64,000 nucleotides of DNA from Octopus vulgaris. Taxonomy: Eukaryota. Shown here piece after piece: positions 40,330-54,560 of this stretch (its first letter is position 1; each line of letters starts with the position of its first letter). The notes below the pieces were generated by a model. It ran no database searches. It worked only from the letters and a program-made list of their open reading frames with translations, and was not told the origin of the DNA. A program made the translations under genes and the position numbers. The stretch lies in NCBI GenBank assembly GCA_951406725.2, contig OX597832.1, forward strand, positions 3,038,001 to 3,102,000, written 5' to 3'.

Positions 40330-40410
40330 GTTATATGTAAGGCAATTTCAACCTGCTCAATGGCAATTATGTGGTGGTTACAGAAACTTGATGAAAACAA
40401 CCCTGATAAG
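40330..40410 (+). CDS. STAG1: SA/STAG exon (VICKAISTCSMAIMWWLQKLDENNPDK)
   Basis: ctgtag acceptor, gtatgt donor, phase 0/0; positionally matches recalled SA1 IVVQALQCSHYSILWQL. Confidence 0.88.
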
Positions 40411-41759
40411 GTATGTTAAACTCTGTAGTAAATACCGTTTGAGAAAGCTTTGTTGTATGAATTCTGAATGGGACACTGTGTATGTCCTTCAATAAAACAT
40501 GTTTTCAGTATACTTGATTAAAATGTTAAGAAACACCAAAGACAGTCAGCATTGGGATTTTTGTTTCAAAAATAGGTTTTATTGGTTTCCTTTGTTGTTT
40601 GAATGCAAAAACAAAGAACCTATTTTGTATTATTCATAACCCTCTTGTCTAGGTCTTTGCAAATAAAAGTGTGTGTGTTGTGCATCAGTGTCATGGTTGC
40701 AAACTGGAAAGAGCCAGTTCCTAAACTAAAAAAGAATGTATAAAGTTTTCAAATGTAATCAGTTATCAATACAAATGGTATTGTAAAGAAATTAATAAAT
40801 ACTTAAAACAGGTGATTTGATTCCACACAAATTGTATAATCTTGTTTAAATTGATAACACTGTTACACAATTTTTCGCATTGGTAGGAACTATTATTTCC
40901 TATTTGCTTACCCCTAGAAAGTATGAAAAATGGCTAATATTTTCTTCAAACTTTGCTTTTGTTACAATATGTATTCAAACCCCAAAGAATCCCTCTCAAC
41001 ATGATGCTCCTCCACTACTTATGATCAGAGATGCATATATTATCATGATATTTTTGCTTCAGCAACTCAGCACTGATTCTGTCTGAAATGTTATGGAAAA
41101 TAAGTCAGTTTCAAAGCATTGATGTTCAGGTACCAAAAGCAAAGTTTGAAGGGAAGCGTAGTCATTCTCTTTGATTTCTAGATAGAAGCAAATAGGAAAT
41201 AACTCTGACCAAAGACATAAAAAATATAAATCTTGTTCAAATTGATTGCTAATATGCTAGGTGCAACAATGTAGATATGAAAGCAACCAATAATTCTCTC
41301 ACCTGGTGTATGACAACTCAAACATACCATATGTTCAGTTCAAAAGTTATGTCTGATGAAAAAATTAGGTCTCTGGAACAAAGTTTGATCATAACATCAC
41401 TGCTCAGAAACCATCAAATCTCAATAATTTGTTCAATGTGATCAAAAAATCCTGGGAACAAATTAACTTTTCTTGTTAGCTCTACCTAATTGACTATCAT
41501 ACCTTACTGATGTTGCAATCATCATCATCATCATTGAGAATAAATGATATAACAACTGAATAATGATTTGTGAATGTACTTAGCTCACTAGGAAACTGTT
41601 TGTGTTAATGTTTTAACTTCTTATGGAAGTTAGAACACATAGAAGTAAAGACGAAGATATTTCAACATAAAGTATTTAATGAAGAACTAGATAATGCTGA
41701 TTGACTTGGTTCATTATGTCATAATCCATAAAAATTATACAAAACATAAAACTCTAGGT

Positions 41760-42140
41760 ACCTACATGACTGTGTAGTTTAGACGTTTGCTTCCCAATCA
41801 TGTGGTTTTGTGTTTAATCCCACTATGTAGCATCTTGGGCCAGTGCCATTTAATATAGCTCCAGGGTGGCCAAAACATTATAAATAGATTTGCTAGATGG
41901 GAACTGAAAGAAGCCTGTTATATGTGTCTGTCTTTGTCTTGATATCACGTGGTAGTTACAGATGTTAGAGTGTCTGTCATGCCAGCATTTGTTGTTAATT
42001 TCCAGTCTTCTATGGAAACATGTCTGGCCATAGGGAATTATTTGCTTGGAAACAGGTGAAGGTTGGTGATAGGAAGGGTATTTGGTCATAGAAAATCTGC
42101 CTGACCTATGTAAGCATAGAAACTTAAAATGATGATGAAA
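41760..42140 (+). mobile_element. Degenerate CORE-type SINE
   Basis: CCCACTATGTAGCATCTTGGGC...GAACTGAAAGAAGCCTG, similar to the 22135 copy. Confidence 0.6.
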
Positions 42141-42342
42141 ATGCTGATGTCCAATGATTTTTAAAGGGTATCAGCCCTGTACTACGTTATTTTGTCTGTG
42201 TATTTATTTTCTCTGTGTACCTCTACAAATTCTTCAGTGCAATAAAGAACGGTCTTTTGTTTTTATCTTCTTTTGACATTGAAGTAGCTGCAACTATTAT
42301 GTTGTTAAGAAATAGTTTTTTTTTTGTCTTTTTTTTCTCCAG

Positions 42343-42435
42343 GAAAATATCCGAGTGTTGAAGCGCCGTTTAATAGATCTGATGAGATATTGTAATGAAC
42401 TAATCTTCCATTCTCAGGACAAAGTTAGTGAAGAG
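42343..42435 (+). CDS. STAG1: SA/STAG exon (ENIRVLKRRLIDLMRYCNELIFHSQDKVSEE)
   Basis: ctccag acceptor, gtaaat donor, phase 0/0. Confidence 0.9.
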
Positions 42436-42579
42436 GTAAATAATATAACATTCACAATTAATAGTTGTTATAAATAAACGATTAGTGTTATGAATTATAA
42501 TATCCTATCATTAATTTCTTTTCACAATAGTAAATAATAGATAAAAATATAGATATCTTATTTTGTATTGAGTACATCA

Positions 42580-45500
42580 AGCCTTCAGGTGCTGGCCCAG
42601 AAGTGTAAAATCCAAGCCCTAACAGCAGACCTTAACTGAAAAATTCTAATTGGTGATGCTTTTGTGGCTGAGCTTTAATCACCATCAATCAGACAAAGAC
42701 TTCTCGAGTCATCAGATGACAGCTTAGAAACACTCTATAAGCTTGCTCAGACCATGGAGGTGGCCATTGAAGACACTTGCAACCTAACGCAAGGCTCAGT
42801 TAGTATTGATCAACCACTCCATCTTGCAGCCACTAAATCAGCATGTTTTTGGTGTAGTAGAGACAGCCATATAAATAAAAAAAATCAATGCCCGGTGAGA
42901 AACTCTACTTGCAAAAGGTGTCAGAAGAAAGGCCATTGGAAGGAAGTCTGCTTCTCTCAAAAAGCTACCAAGAAACAAACAAAACTTCCCTGAAACTGCA
43001 GCAATCACAGAGCCTGAGAGGAAAACAGTGATGGAACCTTATCATCCACCATTTTAACAGTAACAAATGGTACAGGACGGCTGGTACCCATTAAAATTAA
43101 GGACAACAATACACAAGCCCTTCTTGACATGGGTTCTGACAGGATATTTATAGAAGCAAAATTTCTTGCAGTCTGAGGATTACAATACAATCATGCCTGC
43201 CCAGAAAAAGTTAACTTGGCCAACAACACAGCACTGGAAATTAAAGGCAAATTCAGTAGCAAACTACAACTGGGAAATTACACATATAACACTAATTTCT
43301 TTGTGGCTGACCATCTTGTAGCACTGGTCATCATCAAAATCGATATCCTCAGTCAACACTCTGCAGTTACAATTGACTTCAAGGGTATACTCAAGCCTGT
43401 GTCATTCTGCATGTCCATGTCAAACCTAAAATGCATCGCATACAAGCTACTTCCTGGCATTAAGACCTCTAAGCTAAAACCAATTACACCAACTTCAAGA
43501 TGCAGTCCTAGAGGCACAGAGTTTATTAAGCATGAAATAGGTTATTTTCAGGGGACATAATTCAAGAAAGCTTTAGTCCCTGGTGAGCTCACTGCTTCGT
43601 GACATCTAATGGAAGGAAGGAAAAACTGGTGATCGACTACGCGAACACTATAAATATCTACACACAACTAGATGCCTACCCTACCCACTGGATCAATGAT
43701 CTTCTAAATGAAGTAGTGGCAAACAAGATTTTCAGCAACATAGATATGACAGCTGCATATCATCTGGTGGAACGTCTACCCAAACACTATAAACTGACAG
43801 CATTTGAAGCAGTGGGGAGACTGTACAAGTTTAAATGCCTCCCATTTGGTTGTACCAATGCCACAGCAATTTTCCAGCATGTCATGGATGAATTCATAAA
43901 AAGAAACAATCTTCAAAAACTTTTGCCTATCTACATGACATCATCATAGCTGGCAAAGATCATGAATATGACAATAACCTCAGGAGATTTATCCAGGCAG
44001 CTGAAACATCTGGCATGACCATCAATAAGAGCAAGAGCCAATTCTCTCAACAAGCAAATCAGCTTCCTTGGACATATTGGAAATTTAACAATAAAACCTG
44101 GCCCTAAAAGGTTTCGAGTTCTGCTAGATATGCCAGAACATTGAGAGAACCAAATCGAATAAAAGGCATTTTTGCATATTATGCAAAGTGGATACCTAAG
44201 TGCTCCAGACTCACCATTCCACTTACAAGAGCCAGAAGGAATAGCAACAAAGCAGGACTGTCAGAAGAAACAAAAACAGCAATCACATCCCTAAAGACTG
44301 CATTGGTAAATGCCATACTTGCTGTTCTACAACCTGGAATACCACTTACCATCGAAACAGATGCTTCTGACCTAGCCTTGGGAGGGATGCTATCACAACA
44401 GGGAAGGCCAGTGGCCTTCTATTCAAGATCCCTTTCAAAAACAGAAAAACACCAATCCATTGTTGAGACAGAAGCCTGCACAATCGTAGAATGTTGTTGC
44501 AAATGGTGCCACCTAATACATATTTCCCCATACTGCAACATCGTCACCGATCAACACTCGGTGGCGATGATCTTCAATAAACAAGGGACATAAAAAATGA
44601 AAGATTCATACGCTGGCGTTTGGACCTCTCAGACATAAATTACACAATCTCCTATAGGAACTCAAAACAAAGCAGCTGATGCACTGCCAAAATGTGCAGC
44701 AATAAGAGACACAACAGCACTAATAACCCTTCACAAACAACTGTGCCACCTTCACTACCGTAAAGTATGAAACCTGCCGTTCTCCCTCAATGAAATCTTC
44801 GAAATGGCACTCAGTTGTTCTACATATATTAAACTCAAACCTCGCTTCCTCTAATGTATCAGTTAATACAGGCATCAAGACCTTGGGAGCGCCTCTCCGC
44901 TGACTTTGTCGGCCCCCTGCCATCAACCACACAATACCAAGGTATCCATTCACATACCCATGCAATGACATGAATACTGAAAGAGTAATTCCCCACCTGC
45001 TCAATCTCTTTTCATTGCTTGGATCACCAAGTTGTATCCACTGACAGAGGAACCCAATTTGATAATAAGAAGCTCCAAGACTTCCTTCATGCTAATAGGA
45101 CAATAAAAACTAGAATATCTCCCTCTTGACCTCAAGGTAATGGCCAATGTGAAAGGGTCAAGGGTACCCTTATGAAGACCATAAATCTAGCACTTAGCTC
45201 ACTACAACTAGATAAAGGACAGTGGTTAGTCGTCCTTTCCATCAGCCATGAGAGGACTCCTCTGTACAGCTACCAACACATCCCCTCATGAGTGAATATT
45301 TAAATTTTCAAGATCATTGACAGTGGGAAACATTCTACCTGAATTCCTCCAGAATATCGGAAGCACAATGCTGCATCATCAACATCTCAGAAATAGGAAT
45401 ATCCACTTGTAGAGAACGTTAAATTGTTGGAGACAATTTCTCCCCACTTTGCACGTGTACTATTTGGAAACAGATGAATACAGTGTCGACACACAATCTC
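42580..45500 (+). mobile_element. Degenerate Ty3/Gypsy retrotransposon (gag-PR-RT-RH-IN)
   Basis: CKRCQKKGHWKEVC; ALLDMGSD; LVIDY..LDAYP; CLPFGCTNATAIFQ; IETDASDLALGGMLSQQGRPVAFYSR; PWERLSADFVGPLP; QGNGQCERV; LTRs not recognised. Confidence 0.9.
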
Positions 45501-45939
45501 ACTCTACCAGGACAATCTTTCAATCTTTCTTAAATTTGTATTGTCATTTACTTTGAAGTTTAAAATATTTTATTAGTGTGTGTCACCCTTGACTGAATTA
45601 CTAGTGTAGATTACCAGTAAAAGGCTCTGTAAGCTGGTTCCTTCCTAAACATTTAAGTCTCAATATTCCAGTCAATGACTGGCTCATACTACTCATCTCT
45701 GGTAAGAGTAATGTAAAATTGACAAATGTTTTACTTCTTATGTTAAGAATATCGCTGAGAGAAGAATGTACTTCACCTGGCTGACTTGTCCTTTGTAAAC
45801 TACATGAAGAGGAAGCTTCCAGTGGTGTCTCTGTATCCAGTATCCAATGAGTTATGAGGTTCTCCAAAATCTCAAATCCACGCAATGTAATCTTCAGTTG
45901 TAATGGTCTTTCATAAAGTTTTCAATTTACAACTTTTGG

Positions 45940-46228
45940 TCTCACAGAGACAGTGACAAATGACTGAGACCTTTGGCAATGTACCATGCTTGAGGAGAAG
46001 ACCTATCAAGCCAAGTGAAATTGCAATCATGGCTGATACTGGTGTTTTGTAAGTGGCACATAAAAAGCACCCACTACACTCTTGTAGTGGTTGGCATTAG
46101 AAAGAGCATCTGCTGTAGAAACCATCCCAAATTAGATTGGAACTTGGTGGAGCTCCTCAGCTTACCAGTTTTCAGTCAAACCATCCAACCCATACCAGCA
46201 TGGAAAACGGATGTTAAATGATGATGAT
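45940..46228 (+). mobile_element. RTE 3' UTR fragment
   Basis: AAAAAGCACCCACTACACT...CCAGCATGGAAAACGGATGTTAAATGATGATG. Confidence 0.8.
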
Positions 46229-46540
46229 GGTCCTGCACTCACTTCAATAGAATTAGTCACCTTTGATTAGAGAAGATCAGATCATTCATTTTATTTACTA
46301 CTCCAATATGTGATAAGTATTGAACAATTTTGTTGAAATGACTTTGTTTGATTTTTATTTGTGAGTAAATGAGCATTTTACATTACAGTGACTTCAAAGG
46401 ATTTTAAGAGTTACAGCATATTTTGAACTTAGGAAAATACCCTTAAATTAAAATTTATTTTCTTACACTTCTTTTTTTTAAATTTTTACATAGTCTCGGA
46501 TATTTGCATAAAGCTGAAGCATATTGTTTACACAGGTTAA

Positions 46541-47085
46541 CCCTGTCATACCATGTTTCTGCTATAGCAAGATTAGTTTAAATGTCCTCTCTGCCAGATT
46601 CTTGGTAAAGTGGTAATAAACAACACACAAATAGATGATAAAATACTAAAATCAGACAACTGATCACGTTGTAGCTTTGTAGTCAAGTGTGTTTGTTAAT
46701 GATGTCCCCCATAGTTGTTGGTTATGGTGTCCCCCATAACTGTTGGTTACTTTTGTTTTTAATTGGTGAAAAAAAACATTTTGTCATGAACCCAGGACTC
46801 TGCCTTGAAATGAACAAGACCTAGACTCTTTGCACTTGAGGAAATTATTAAGGTTTACACTTACTCCAGCAATGAGGGTGATTTGACAATCGAACTGGTG
46901 AAAGTGATGAGGAAAATAGCTATTTGTGTGAGCCAATACAGTAGTTGAGAGATCGGTCTAATATTGTTATTTTCCTAAATTTTTTGTGATCATAACTCTT
47001 GAGCTGTATATACAACTATTTATTTTTTTGCTCAGGAGCCCAGGCAGAGGGTTAAGTTAGACACTGGGGCCCAGGTCTAAGAGGG
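46541..47085. mobile_element. Possible piggyBac-like MITE
   Basis: TTAA-CCCT at the left end; AGGG-TTAA at 47048-47055 and 47082-47089; TIR match is short. Confidence 0.4.
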
Positions 47086-47614
47086 TTAATGTCATTACTA
47101 CTACTACTAACTACTAATGAGAAAGAAGTAAACTTCAAGGGCAGAACACACTAGTTTTATTATATAATAAACATATAATAACATTATAACTAGTTTTATT
47201 ATATAATAACATATAATAACCATCTGGTCGACTAGTGATTCCTTAAGAAAATTACATAACTATATTTTCTGGTAGCCTCTTATTAAGCAAGTCTTCCTTT
47301 CTGTTAGTCTTGCTGGAAAATAGGTACCATTATAAATAGATTGATATAAAAATATTAGTGTGTGTGTGCATGTGAGCAAATAACTTGTAAATTGTTACTT
47401 AAATTGCTTGTTCCTTTCGGTAATTATGTATTGCTTCTATGTTGTTGGGTTTGTCATATCATTAAGACACACAACAGCATCAGTATATGTTCTACTCAAT
47501 CTGTGCAAGTGAGGATGTGACAGGAAGGAGTGAGAGTAAACATAGGAGTTTTTCTAAATGCAAAGTGGTTAGATATTAACATGAATTTCATGAATGATAT
47601 TTCTTTATTTTCAG

Positions 47615-47768
47615 GCTTATATAACTATCTGTGACTTGCTAATCGTTTTCAGCAAGCATCTTGGAGAGAATGCTTTACTAAAAGCTCTCATCTATGAACC
47701 AGATAAGAACCTTCAGGCTCAGCTCTGTGGTTTTCTGTCAGAAAAAGTGTTTGTGGAAGATGATGATG
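47615..47768 (+). CDS. STAG1: SA/STAG exon (AYITICDLLIVFSKHLGENALLKALIYEPD...KVFVEDDD)
   Basis: tttcag acceptor, gttagt donor, phase 0/1. Confidence 0.95.
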
Positions 47769-48114
47769 GTTAGTATTAGGTCTACTTGACCTTTTATTTT
47801 TCTTATGTTCATAATTTAAATAGCAATAATGTACTGATGAAAATTCAGTATAATATTTTTCTCTTTTGCAAAATTAATCATCTAAACTTTCTTGTTAGTG
47901 TTGCATCGTTATGCCTTCCTTTTTAATTTTGTCTCAAGATTGTATGCTATTGAGACAGGATGAAAACTGCTGTTCTTACTCCATTCTTCTGTCTTGTGCA
48001 GTCGAAATGCACTCTCTGACACCTATTACAGTGAGTTAGTGATTTGGATACACTGATAATACATTAAACCAACAGGGAAAGTCTTTTGTACAATTATAAG
48101 TATTATACCAAAGG

Positions 48115-48497
48115 CAAATGAGAATATGCATTTCCTCAGCAGTCATGGCCCATGTTTCACTGCCATGTAGCATGTTTGTTTGTACACATGCGTCATACAG
48201 TCTACCTTTTACTCTGAGTGAGAGGCCCTTTTTCACCAGTAGAGGTAGGAGCTCTCTGAACTTTGCCCAGGCTATTCTTATTCTAGCAGCTACACTTTCA
48301 GAGCATCCACCCCAACTACTGACTTGGTCCCCTAGGTAATGGAAGCTATCAACTACTTGTAGTTTTTCTCCCTGGAATGTAACAGAAACTGTTCTCTGTA
48401 CATTTTCAGTGTTTATAGCACCTGAGCATCTGCCACATACAAAAACTATCTCCCTAATTAGCCTTCCTTTGATATTGTTGCACCTCTTATGTGTCCG
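48115..48497 (-). mobile_element. RTE RT fragment
   Basis: KGLSLRVKGRLYDACV..MLHGSETW on the minus strand; same family as 23350. Confidence 0.85.
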
Positions 48498-48845
48498 AGG
48501 AAACTAAATATTACTGCAGATTTATTGCAATTTACTATAGCACAAACAAAAGTACTGCTGAGAAGATGATATCAACAGTAATTATAATTTTTGGAGATAG
48601 TGAGAAGGGAAAATAGGAAAATATACATTCTTACTAATCTCATTTGAAGTTCAATCCAAAGATCCAAACTAGTTTCATGATGTGAAATGCCTATATTTTA
48701 CTGCTGCACCAATCACCATTAATAATTATCTAATTTATATTTTGGAAAGCATTTGCTTCCCTGAAAGAAAGGCATTGAATCATTTTTTATGAATCTGGTA
48801 TTTTGTCCATTATTCTGTAAAGAATTTATTAAAATTTAATACATA

Positions 48846-49931
48846 TGAGGGGGTACCTAAAAGAAACCAGAATTTTGCAATATTTTATTCACTTTGTTTT
48901 ACATGTTTATACTTGTATTGCCTTCAAAGTTTTCCACTATTCAGAGCAGTGCTGGAACTCTTGCAAAGTGATGCCTTTTAATGCCTCTGTCGTTTTTTTC
49001 TTCACATCTGCAAATTCCATAGCATAAGCTTTTGTTACCAGTGATGTCCTTTGAAAAAAAGGTCCAGATCAACTTCCAATTGTTCTTTCAGTTCATGACA
49101 TGCATTTAGTTTTGACTACTTTTGACCTTCTGTTAGCAAGCGAGACACAAATTTTGTTACAACTCATTCATTTGCAATTCCTCACTCAAAATTCTTTGGT
49201 AGGAGCTCCAGGACACACTAGTCATATCAACAATTGTTTGGAAATCAGAATCAAATCAACTCACAATCAAATGGAAATTCTAGTTGAGGCTGTTATCAGT
49301 ACTGGTGGCATGCAATAAGCATCATTCATTCATGCGTGGGTTGCTGCCAGAGCTGCCTGACTGACTCCCATGTCAGTGGCACATAAAAAGCACCTACTAC
49401 ACTCTCAGAATAGTTGGCAATAGGAAGGGCATCCAGCTGTAGAAACATTGAAAGATCAGATTGGAGCCTAGTACAACCTTCTGGCTTTCCAGTCTCCAGT
49501 CAAACCGTCCAACCCATGCCAGCATGAAAAACGGACGTTAAACGATGGTGATGATGATTTTCATTCATTCAGGAGGTCGATGGTTGTCCTGAACAAGGTT
49601 GGTCTTCAAGCGACAAGTGACCATTCCTAAAGCATGGAAGCCACTTTTAAACTTGTGTTTTGCTCATGGCAGCATCCTTGTAAGCTGTTTGAAGCATGAC
49701 AACTGTTTCAGCTACCATTTTCCGCAGCAGAAAACAGAATTTTACAGAAGCACACTGTTCCTTTGTTGGTGAAAAGTGGGGAAGCACTGCAAAACAAAGA
49801 TGCACCATGTGGCAGTACAAGTTCACCCAACGACACTGGCCAACAGACTGATGCCTGAGGGTCGCATCAAGTGGCTTCTAGTGGGTTTGTCCCACAGAGA
49901 ACGTTCCCAGTTGCTTCTGGGCACCCCCTCT
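48846..49931. mobile_element. Deleted Tc1/mariner derivative, interrupted by an RTE tail (~49240-49558)
   Basis: TA-flanked imperfect TIRs TGAGGGGGTACCTAAAAGAAACCAGAA and TCCCAGTTGCTTCTGGGCACCCCCTCT. Confidence 0.65.
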
Positions 49932-50402
49932 TATATTGTATTCTATCCTTCAGTGGAATTCCATCACCCCTACTCCATTTCTTTTTCTTCTTTCTTTGAA
50001 GGCCACAGTTTTTGCCAATCATGTTTGATCAGGAATACAAAAACCTATATAGTTTGTCATCACAGCATATTTTAGAAAAGGCTCATTGCATGCAAGTAGA
50101 TTATCTTTTTAAGTTATGCCTTGCACAATTTACCAGTAGCATCATATTACAGAGTTAATACAGTACAAAGGCATGGGGGAGCACACTTAGATATCTTATC
50201 CAAGTGTAGATTGAAAAATTGATGACAAACATTACATAAATATTATTAACTTTTTCTTGAAGAATTTCAATATTTCACCCCCGTGACTTCCAAACTGTCA
50301 CTTATTAGTATGATACTACATATTTTTACCTTGTGTAACTGAAGTAAATGATAAGTGTGTACAGTTTGTAAATAAATACTATCTTATGTGATTCTTTAAC
50401 AG

Positions 50403-50536
50403 AGGAAATGGATGAAAATGTGAAGATTGAAGAACTCCATAAAAAACGGAATTTTCTGGCAGCTTTTTGCAAACTTGTTGTTTATAATATAACTAGTATA
50501 CGCACTGCAGCTGATATGTTTAAACATTATATGAAG
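50403..50536 (+). CDS. STAG1: SA/STAG exon ([28 protein letters not shown]...MFKHYMK)
   Basis: taacag acceptor, gtaggt donor, phase 1/0. Confidence 0.96.
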
Positions 50537-51402
50537 GTAGGTTATTAGAGAAAATTGACACCTAAAATACCAGTTTTAATTTTGCCTCAGTTACAACTGA
50601 GTATCATCAATGTATCTTCAGACCTTTTAGCAAAATTATTCTTATACCCTAGTTGTATATGCAAAGATGCTAAAGAACTTTCCTTTGGTCTACAACAGAA
50701 GCTGCACAATTATTTAAAAATTCTGAAGAACACTTATTTCTAAATGGCCTGGCTTTCTTAATAAAATTCAAAATGTCTGCTCTAGTTCCCTATAGATTTA
50801 GAAAACTTAGTATAACCATCCTGAGTTATATATAGTATATGCATTATTACTTTTGTATCGACTGAAACAAATGCTCATCATAGTCTACCATTTAAGACAT
50901 GAAACAGGATTCTCTATAAATAAATAGAGGCTGCTGATAATGTAGGCTTCTTGCATGCATTTTTTGAAATATTTACTCTCATCTATTTTGTAAGAATTCC
51001 ACTTTTGTTTTCAATTAGGTATTTAATATTTATATAGTAAATAAATGAATTTCGTTTACTGAAGACTTCTATAAACTCTGTCTCTGTTAAGGTATCATAT
51101 GCATGTTTCTTTTTTTAACTAAGTTTTTCCCTTTCACTTTGAATTTTAAAAAAACATTACATTTATGTAAAAAGCAAATATATATATATTTACATGAATA
51201 ACAGGTGACAATTATTTTCTTTATAAATATAATAATATAATTCTACACACTTAGTATTTAACCCTCAATGAAAAGCTTGTTTATTTATTTATAGGAAATA
51301 GGAAACTATATGGCTTCTAATTTTGCCAACATGGTTTTAAAAAAAATACTCATTGAAATAAGTATAATGATAATTCTAATTTATCTGTTTATTTCTTTTT
51401 AG

Positions 51403-51504
51403 TTTTACAATGATTATGGGGATATTATCAAAGCTACCTTAAGTAAAGCAAGAGAAATTAATAAAGTGGCTACTGCAAAAACTTTGGCTTTCAGCCTTAC
51501 ACAG
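51403..51504 (+). CDS. STAG1: SA/STAG exon ([34 protein letters not shown])
   Basis: ttttag acceptor, gtgaga donor, phase 0/0. Confidence 0.97.
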
Positions 51505-51540
51505 GTGAGACTTGATGAATAATGTTCTGAATGCTTCTCA

Positions 51541-51667
<127 letters not shown>

Positions 51668-52590
51668 GCTGAGTAAGCTGTTTGCATGACAATCTCTCCA
51701 TAGCTGCTTGACTTGCTAGAAATAGCAGTCAAACATCCTTCAAATCACACCCTACTCAATCTTAAAAAAGAGATTCAGAGGAGAGTGTAATCCTAGACAT
51801 ACAAACAAGGTAGGGTAGTCACAGTTGGAATGTCTTTGATCAGAGTTGACTTGTGGCTAAACAATAACTGCAAATCAGAATGGGAGCCCAATGGATTGAA
51901 GGTAATTAGGTCCTTGTAGAATATTGTTTGAGGTTAAATGCAGGAGTGGTTTCATATTGACTTTCTTGGTATACACTGAATAGTGTAAGGATTTCTCTAT
52001 GAAGGTAAATTATACTTTCATTCAACACATTCCTGAAAATTTCTAGTGACGTCTTCAAATGTGGGCAATCTCTCTCTCTCTCTCTCATCCTTCTCAATTA
52101 AGATGACTTTATTAGCTGCATCCATACTGCCAAAACAAATATATTGCATGGATATAGGGACGTTTGTATGGAATCCTAAATATATCTTACTTTAGCCACA
52201 TAACAACCCAAGCCTTGTGAGTTAAACTAGACAGCTGCCTACATAATCAGTGTTAATCCATTACTGGCCCTAGAATGTTTTTAGTAGAGTCCAGTCTGTT
52301 TTATTTAGACCAAATCTCTATTCTGAAAACAACCAATGAGTTGTGGTCTCTTTCTCCTGCTGATTTCAGAGGCTCTGCAAAAGACCATGGGCACTGCCAT
52401 TCCACTTCTGACTAAGCCATAAGAAAATCCAAACCCTTTGCTCTGTTGGCATTGGCAATCGAGGTCCAGTTGACATTCCAGATAGCTTCCTCAAACACTG
52501 ACCTCTATGAGAATTAGTTCTTATCCTAATCATGCTATTCAAACTTTGCTCTTAGTTTCCATATTTTTACCAGTTATAATCTGTTTACAG

Positions 52591-52659
52591 TTATTCAAAG
52601 AAGTTCAGGCGGAGCAACCAGTCATCGATCGATCCTCAGATAGCTTTCAAGCCATTAAA
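52591..52659 (+). CDS. STAG1: SA/STAG exon (LFKEVQAEQPVIDRSSDSFQAIK)
   Basis: ttacag acceptor, gtaagt donor, phase 0/0. Confidence 0.93.
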
Positions 52660-52999
52660 GTAAGTTTCTCTAATACTGCTGTGTGTTTTGCATTTTTGCA
52701 TTTATTCTTTGATTTTTATGTCAAATGAGTTTCATAATATAAATTGAGATAATATTGTTGAAATAGAATAATATCCACTCCTTCATCTTGAATTTTCATC
52801 TAGTAATTTGATTCCATATTACAATTGTTACAACAAATATGCTTCTTTTCTAAAACGCCATTCTCTTTTTTATAAAATGCTGACCAAAACAAATTGTAAA
52901 GGTAAATCGTTAAGAATGAAAAAAAAAAAATAATAATAAAAGGATACTTTCTTGCTTGTGCTTCCTAAATTTATCTTATCTTTTATTAATGGTTATCAG

Positions 53000-53076
53000 G
53001 AATTGGCGCGCAGATTCTCTTTATCATTTGGTCTTGATCAAGTTAAAAACCGTGAAGCTGTAGCTGCTATGCACAA
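53000..53076 (+). CDS. STAG1: SA/STAG exon ([25 protein letters not shown])
   Basis: tatcag acceptor, gtaggt donor, phase 0/2. Confidence 0.97.
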
Positions 53077-54428
53077 GTAGGTTCTGGTGATTTATTTTTC
53101 TGCTAAAATTCTTGTGTTTTTATTACTTTTAATGTCAATAGTTTGATGTCTTTTATCTTGCATCAGTGACACTTAAATGTTACAAATTTATTTCAAAATG
53201 ATATAATACAGTGTGCAGATTCTTCTGCATGTTGTATTATATTTGCTTTGTCCTTCAAATTAGAATAATCTGAAGATCACAATTAGGTTCTGTTTTCTTT
53301 TCTTTCTCCTCCTTTTTCTTCTGTAAACATTTTTGGGATAAGTTAATAATGCTTGAAATATTTTTCAGATACCATAAAAACCCATGTAATTTGTGCACCT
53401 GTGTAATTTATGCAGGTGATTTTCAGGATAAAATTTGTTAAAAAAACTTCTACTCATGTAAAATTTGCACCCAAAAGTTTTCAGAATTGCCAATATAGCC
53501 AGGGGAAAAAAGGTTTTCGGTTTAGTAGTATTTAGCATAATTTCACTTACTTATGATGATTAGATTTTATTAAATTTTTCAGTAAATAAAAATAATTTCT
53601 GTTTAACAGATATCACATTGAAAGCTATTAAATTACAAAGTGTTTGTGTTATTTATAATAAACTTTACTTTACATTTCTTGCCCACAAGAGATTATGTCC
53701 GATCTGTATGTATGTCTTCTGTATGTCTACTGCTGTATGTCTTCTCAAATCATGATCACAAGAAAAGTTGTTGATAAGAATTACCAACGAAAACAAAGCT
53801 GATAAATATGCACAGGTGTTGCAAATTAAGTTTAATAACCAATAAGCATCAGCTTGGATAACACTTTATTCAACCAACGGAGGAAGGTGACCAATCAAAC
53901 TGATTATGTTAACAATTCTTTTTCACTCATTCTTGTTGGAACCTTTGATAACAAGTATCGAAATTTTAATCCCTTTCACACTTATAAAATGTCAAGCAAA
54001 CTTATAAACTTGTCATTACTGTTTATTGTCAGAAGTTATGAATCGTTTACTACGAAGGAGAATTTAAATATGTTGAATATGCATTTGAATGTGGCTATAG
54101 AGCTGCTGGAAAGCATAATAATGTTAACTAGCATTATGACCCAGCGTTGTATATTGTATATTGTCTACCTTTTGTCATCTATAGCTGCCTTAATGTTTTA
54201 AGCTTACTAACTCCTACACTTGAATTCCTGGATGGTACATGCCTTATATATATATATATAACAATACAACCCTTGGCTCTCTGAATTAAACTGAGTATAA
54301 AATACAAGATAGTAGAAATGATAACATATTTTCTGGCAAGAAATTGGAGGTTTTAGTTTTTTTACAGTGTTTTGATTTGTAATTATTGCTATTATTTTAT
54401 TGGATTTTTAATTTTCTTACACTTCCAG

Positions 54429-54560
54429 AGAAGGAATCCTCTTCAGCTTAACTCCTGTTTCTAATGCAGCTGATCCGAAAGGAATGCCACCAAATTTGTC
54501 ATTTTTAGAAATTCTTTGTGAATTTACCAACAAGTTAATGAAACAAGATAAAAAGACTGT
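54429..54560 (+). CDS. STAG1: SA/STAG exon (EGILFSLTP...PPNLSFLEILCEFTNKLMKQDKKT)
   Basis: ttccag acceptor, gtaagt donor, phase 2/2. Confidence 0.96.

Noticed and set aside
52571-52590. Upstream CAG as an alternative acceptor
   Set aside because: Would add 17 nt and shift the frame.
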